This document shows, piece by piece, positions 61,350-64,000 of a stretch of DNA of 64,000 nt. Below the pieces are notes generated by a model. It saw only the letters and a list, made by a program, of their open reading frames with translations, was not told where the DNA came from and made no database searches. The position numbers were made by a program, and so were the translations under genes. The stretch's first letter is position 1, and every line of letters begins with the position of its first letter. Source of the DNA: Candidatus Eiseniibacteriota bacterium (GTDB lineage: Bacteria; Eisenbacteria; RBG-16-71-46; CAIMUX01; VGJL01). The stretch covers positions 1 through 64,000 of the forward strand of contig JBHGAY010000022.1 in the NCBI GenBank assembly GCA_041946735.1, written 5' to 3'.

Positions 61350-62288
61350 GTGCTCGATACGTTGCGCGTCTTTGCGGGCAACGCGAATGCGAAGCTCGCG
61401 AAAGACATTGCCGCCTACCTCGGCGTGGAGCTGGGGGAGGCGGAAGTCAGCCATTTCAGCGATGGCGAGATCAACGTCCGGATCAAGGAGAACATCCGCG
61501 GCTGCGACATCTTCATCGTCCAGCCCACGTACGCCCCCGCTGACAACCTCCTCGAGCTGCTGATCATGATGGACGCCGCCCGGCGCGCCAGCGCGCACCG
61601 GGTGACGGCGGTCCTTCCGTATTTCGGGTATGCCCGGCAGGACAGGAAGGACCAGCCTCGCGTCCCGATCACCGCGAAGCTCGTCGCGAACCTCATCACG
61701 GTCGCAGGAGCGAACCGGGTCCTGACGATGGACCTGCACTCCTCGCAGATCCAGGGGTTCTTCGACATTCCGTTCGATCACCTCTTCGCCGCGCCGGTCT
61801 TGATTCAGTACTTCCGGGACCTGGCGATCCCCGATCTGATCGTGGTCGCCCCGGACGTCGGGAGCATCAAGATGGCCCGGGCCTACGCGAAGCGGCTCGG
61901 CGCCTCCCTCGCGCTCGTCGACAAGCGCAGGGTGCGGCAGGACGAGATGGAGGTGATGAACGTGATCGGCGACGTCCGGGATCGCAACGTCGTCATCTTC
62001 GACGACGTCATCTCGACCGGAAAGACAGTGGCGCGCGCCGCGGCCGCCCTGCGCTCGCAGGGGGCTCGCGAGATCTTCATCGGCGCGAGCCATGCCGCCT
62101 TCTCGGACGAGACGATTCCGATCCTCGAGGACTCGCCCGTCCGGGAGATCGTCATCACCGACTCGATCGCGCAGCCGCCCGAGCGGCTCGCCTCCCCCAA
62201 GATCCGCGTGCTCAGCGTGAGCGGACTTCTGGGCGAGGCGATCCGCCGGATCCACGAGGAGCGCTCTCTCAGCTCGCTCTTCGTCTAG
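61350..62288 (+). CDS. prs: Ribose-phosphate pyrophosphokinase
   Basis: FSDGE, PYFGYARQDRK, DLHSSQIQGFF, DDVISTGKT; GAGGAG SD before GTG. Confidence 0.98.
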   Translation: MLDTLRVFAGNANAKLAKDIAAYLGVELGEAEVSHFSDGEINVRIKENIRGCDIFIVQPTYAPADNLLELLIMMDAARRASAHRVTAVLPYFGYARQDRKDQPRVPITAKLVANLITVAGANRVLTMDLHSSQIQGFFDIPFDHLFAAPVLIQYFRDLAIPDLIVVAPDVGSIKMARAYAKRLGASLALVDKRRVRQDEMEVMNVIGDVRDRNVVIFDDVISTGKTVARAAAALRSQGAREIFIGASHAAFSDETIPILEDSPVREIVITDSIAQPPERLASPKIRVLSVSGLLGEAIRRIHEERSLSSLFV

Positions 62289-62290
62289 AA

Positions 62291-62315
62291 GGAACGGAAC
62301 GGAACGGAACGGATC
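62291..62315. repeat. (GGAAC)4 plus GGATC microsatellite
   Basis: Read directly after the prs stop. Confidence 0.85.
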
Positions 62316-62483
62316 GGAGCGGGGGCGGATCGATCGCGATCCGCGCCCAGGAGTGTCCCCGATAGCCTAAGTGGCTCTTCGGGACGTTTGGCCCCCGGTT
62401 CCCATAGGGGGCGGAGGCCCTCGGGGAATCGCCCCGAGCGGGGTAGGCCCCTCTCGGGGGCAGCAGGAGGATAGGGAGAAAGA

Positions 62484-63134
62484 ATGGAAACGGTAGAGCT
62501 GCATGGCGAACTTCGAAGCGGGACCGGCAAGGGGAGCGCCCGCCGCACCCGGATGGCCGGCCGCACTCCGGGCGTGATCTATGGCGCCGGGGAGCAGGCG
62601 ATCCCGATCACGCTGCTCGAGAGCGATCTCACGCGCGTGCTGCGCCAGCACCGCGGCGGCACCGTCGTCCTCGACCTGAAGATCGCGGGGATCCAGGACC
62701 GGGACCTGACGGCGATCATCAAGGAAGTGCAGCGGGAGCCGGTTTCGCGCCGGGTGCTGCACATCGATCTGCAGCATGTCTCACTGACGCAGCTCGTCCA
62801 CGTCTCCGTCCCGGTGCATCTGACCGGAACGGCCGCCGGCGTGAAGGAAGGCGGCATCCTGGAGCAGCTGATCCGCGATCTCGAGATCAGCTGCGAGGCG
62901 GGCCGGATCCCCGAGAAGATCGACCTGGACGTCACCGCTCTCGTGAAGGGCCACTCCCTCCATGTGAGCGACTTGCCGCTTCCCGAGGGTGTCACGTCGT
63001 TGACGCCGGCCGACCGGGTCGTGGCGACGATCATCACGAAGGCGGTGGAGGTGGCCGAGGCGGCTGCGGCGCCCGAGGCGGCTGCCGCGACGCCCGAAGG
63101 CGGGGCGGCGCCCGAGAAGGCTGCTGCCGAGTAG
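62484..63134 (+). CDS. rplY: 50S ribosomal protein L25/Ctc
   Basis: GKGSARR..PGVIYG, KEVQREPV..LHIDL, GVKEGG, IPEKIDLDV. Confidence 0.95.
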   Translation: METVELHGELRSGTGKGSARRTRMAGRTPGVIYGAGEQAIPITLLESDLTRVLRQHRGGTVVLDLKIAGIQDRDLTAIIKEVQREPVSRRVLHIDLQHVSLTQLVHVSVPVHLTGTAAGVKEGGILEQLIRDLEISCEAGRIPEKIDLDVTALVKGHSLHVSDLPLPEGVTSLTPADRVVATIITKAVEVAEAAAAPEAAAATPEGGAAPEKAAAE

Positions 63135-63176
63135 GGCCGGGAGATCTCCGAGGATCGGGATCCAGACGCGCCGGAG

Positions 63177-63779
63177 ATCCGGTGCGTCGCCGGGCTGGGG
63201 AACCCCGGGCGTCGCTACGCGGAGACGCGGCACAACGCCGGGTTCCATCTGGTCGACCGGATCGCGAGAGAAGCGGGAGCGGCCTGGATGGAGAAGCCGG
63301 GAAGAGCGGAGGCGATCGTGCCGATCGGCGGCCGGGACACCGTCCTGGTGAAGCCGCTCGCCTACATGAATCGGAGCGGTCCTCCGGTGCTCGCCTGCCT
63401 GGAGGAGCACCGGCTCGACGCGGGACAGCTCCTCGTCGCCGTGGACGACGTCGCCCTTCCGGCCGGGCGGCTGCGCCTTCGCGCGGCGGGCTCCTCGGGC
63501 GGACATCGAGGGCTCGCGTCGATCGAGCAGGCGCTCGCGACCGACCGCTACGCGAGGCTGCGTCTCGGAGTCGGCGGGGCCGAGCCGGGAGAGGATCTGG
63601 CCGAGTACGTGCTCCGTCCGCTCTCGCCGGAGGAGCGGGAGGAGTTCGACAGGATGATCGAACGGGGAGCGGAGGCGGTGCGCGTGGCGCTGCTCGAAGG
63701 CTTCCCGGCTGCGATGAACCGGTTCAACCCGTCCCCTCCGTCCAACGGAGAGAACGGGTCGCAGGGACGAGAAGGATGA
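63177..63779 (+). CDS. pth: Peptidyl-tRNA hydrolase (no canonical start found)
   Basis: AGLGNPG, TRHNAGF, KPLAYMNRSG, GSSGGHRGL, AMNRFN. Confidence 0.9.
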   Translation: MRCVAGLGNPGRRYAETRHNAGFHLVDRIAREAGAAWMEKPGRAEAIVPIGGRDTVLVKPLAYMNRSGPPVLACLEEHRLDAGQLLVAVDDVALPAGRLRLRAAGSSGGHRGLASIEQALATDRYARLRLGVGGAEPGEDLAEYVLRPLSPEEREEFDRMIERGAEAVRVALLEGFPAAMNRFNPSPPSNGENGSQGREG

Positions 63780-63856
63780 GAGAGGGCCGGATGAGAACCG
63801 CGCGGATCGCCCAGCGGGGGGGCTCTGCGAAACCGGATGGCCCCGCAGGACGAGCG

Positions 63857-63915
63857 CCTTGGAAGAGGCCCGAACGGTGGGCTCCTTGGAAGAGGCCCGA
63901 AAGGTGGGTTCCTTG
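63857..63915 (+). repeat. 27-bp tandem duplication at the rpsF start
   Basis: ccttggaagaggcccgaa(c/a)ggtggg(c/t)t at 63857 and 63884, partial third copy at 63911. Confidence 0.9.
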
Positions 63916-64000
63916 AGAGAGTACGAAACGGTCTTCGTGCTCCATCCCTCCCTCGAGGAGGCGAAGGTGGAGGAGGAGATCGAGGGGGTTCGACAGACGC
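63913..64000 (+). CDS. rpsF: 30S ribosomal protein S6, 5' part only
   Basis: TTG start gives MREYETVFVLHPSLEE; follows pth. Confidence 0.88.
   Translation, partial: MREYETVFVLHPSLEEAKVEEEIEGVRQT

Noticed and set aside
63132..63134. Genome-wide TAG reassignment as the explanation for rplY-pth
   Set aside because: Several conserved genes here (recR, ybaB, spoVG, prs) end at TAG at their expected lengths.

Overview
High-GC bacterial chromosomal window. Many secreted proteins carry a FlgD-Ig/T9SS-like C-terminal domain and one has a 'TWGxxR' tail; my inference is an FCB-related lineage such as Ca. Eisenbacteria. Left to right: (1) an ECF sigma factor, a Ser/Thr kinase-AAA-TPR protein and an FG-GAP protein; (2) an Ehr-type (hydrogenase-4-related, no NiFe ligands) membrane complex operon led by an HTH-PTS EIIA regulator, divergent from a sarcosine oxidase/proline dehydrogenase-like pair; (3) proteases, an OPT transporter and secreted repeat proteins; (4) an ~8 kb accessory/defence-like island (39.1-46.8 kb) with a degenerate 42-bp-period array before an orphan helical protein, a DUF433/PIN TA pair with a frameshifted toxin, two HNH nucleases, a McrB-like remnant and a Zn-finger/HEPN-like + PIN gene pair; (5) three tRNAs, a long Alu-type SRP RNA and a housekeeping run from dnaX to rpsF. 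Best novelty candidates are the 42-bp array with its orphan gene and the HEPN-like/PIN pair. All family assignments come from motif recognition by eye; no searches were run.
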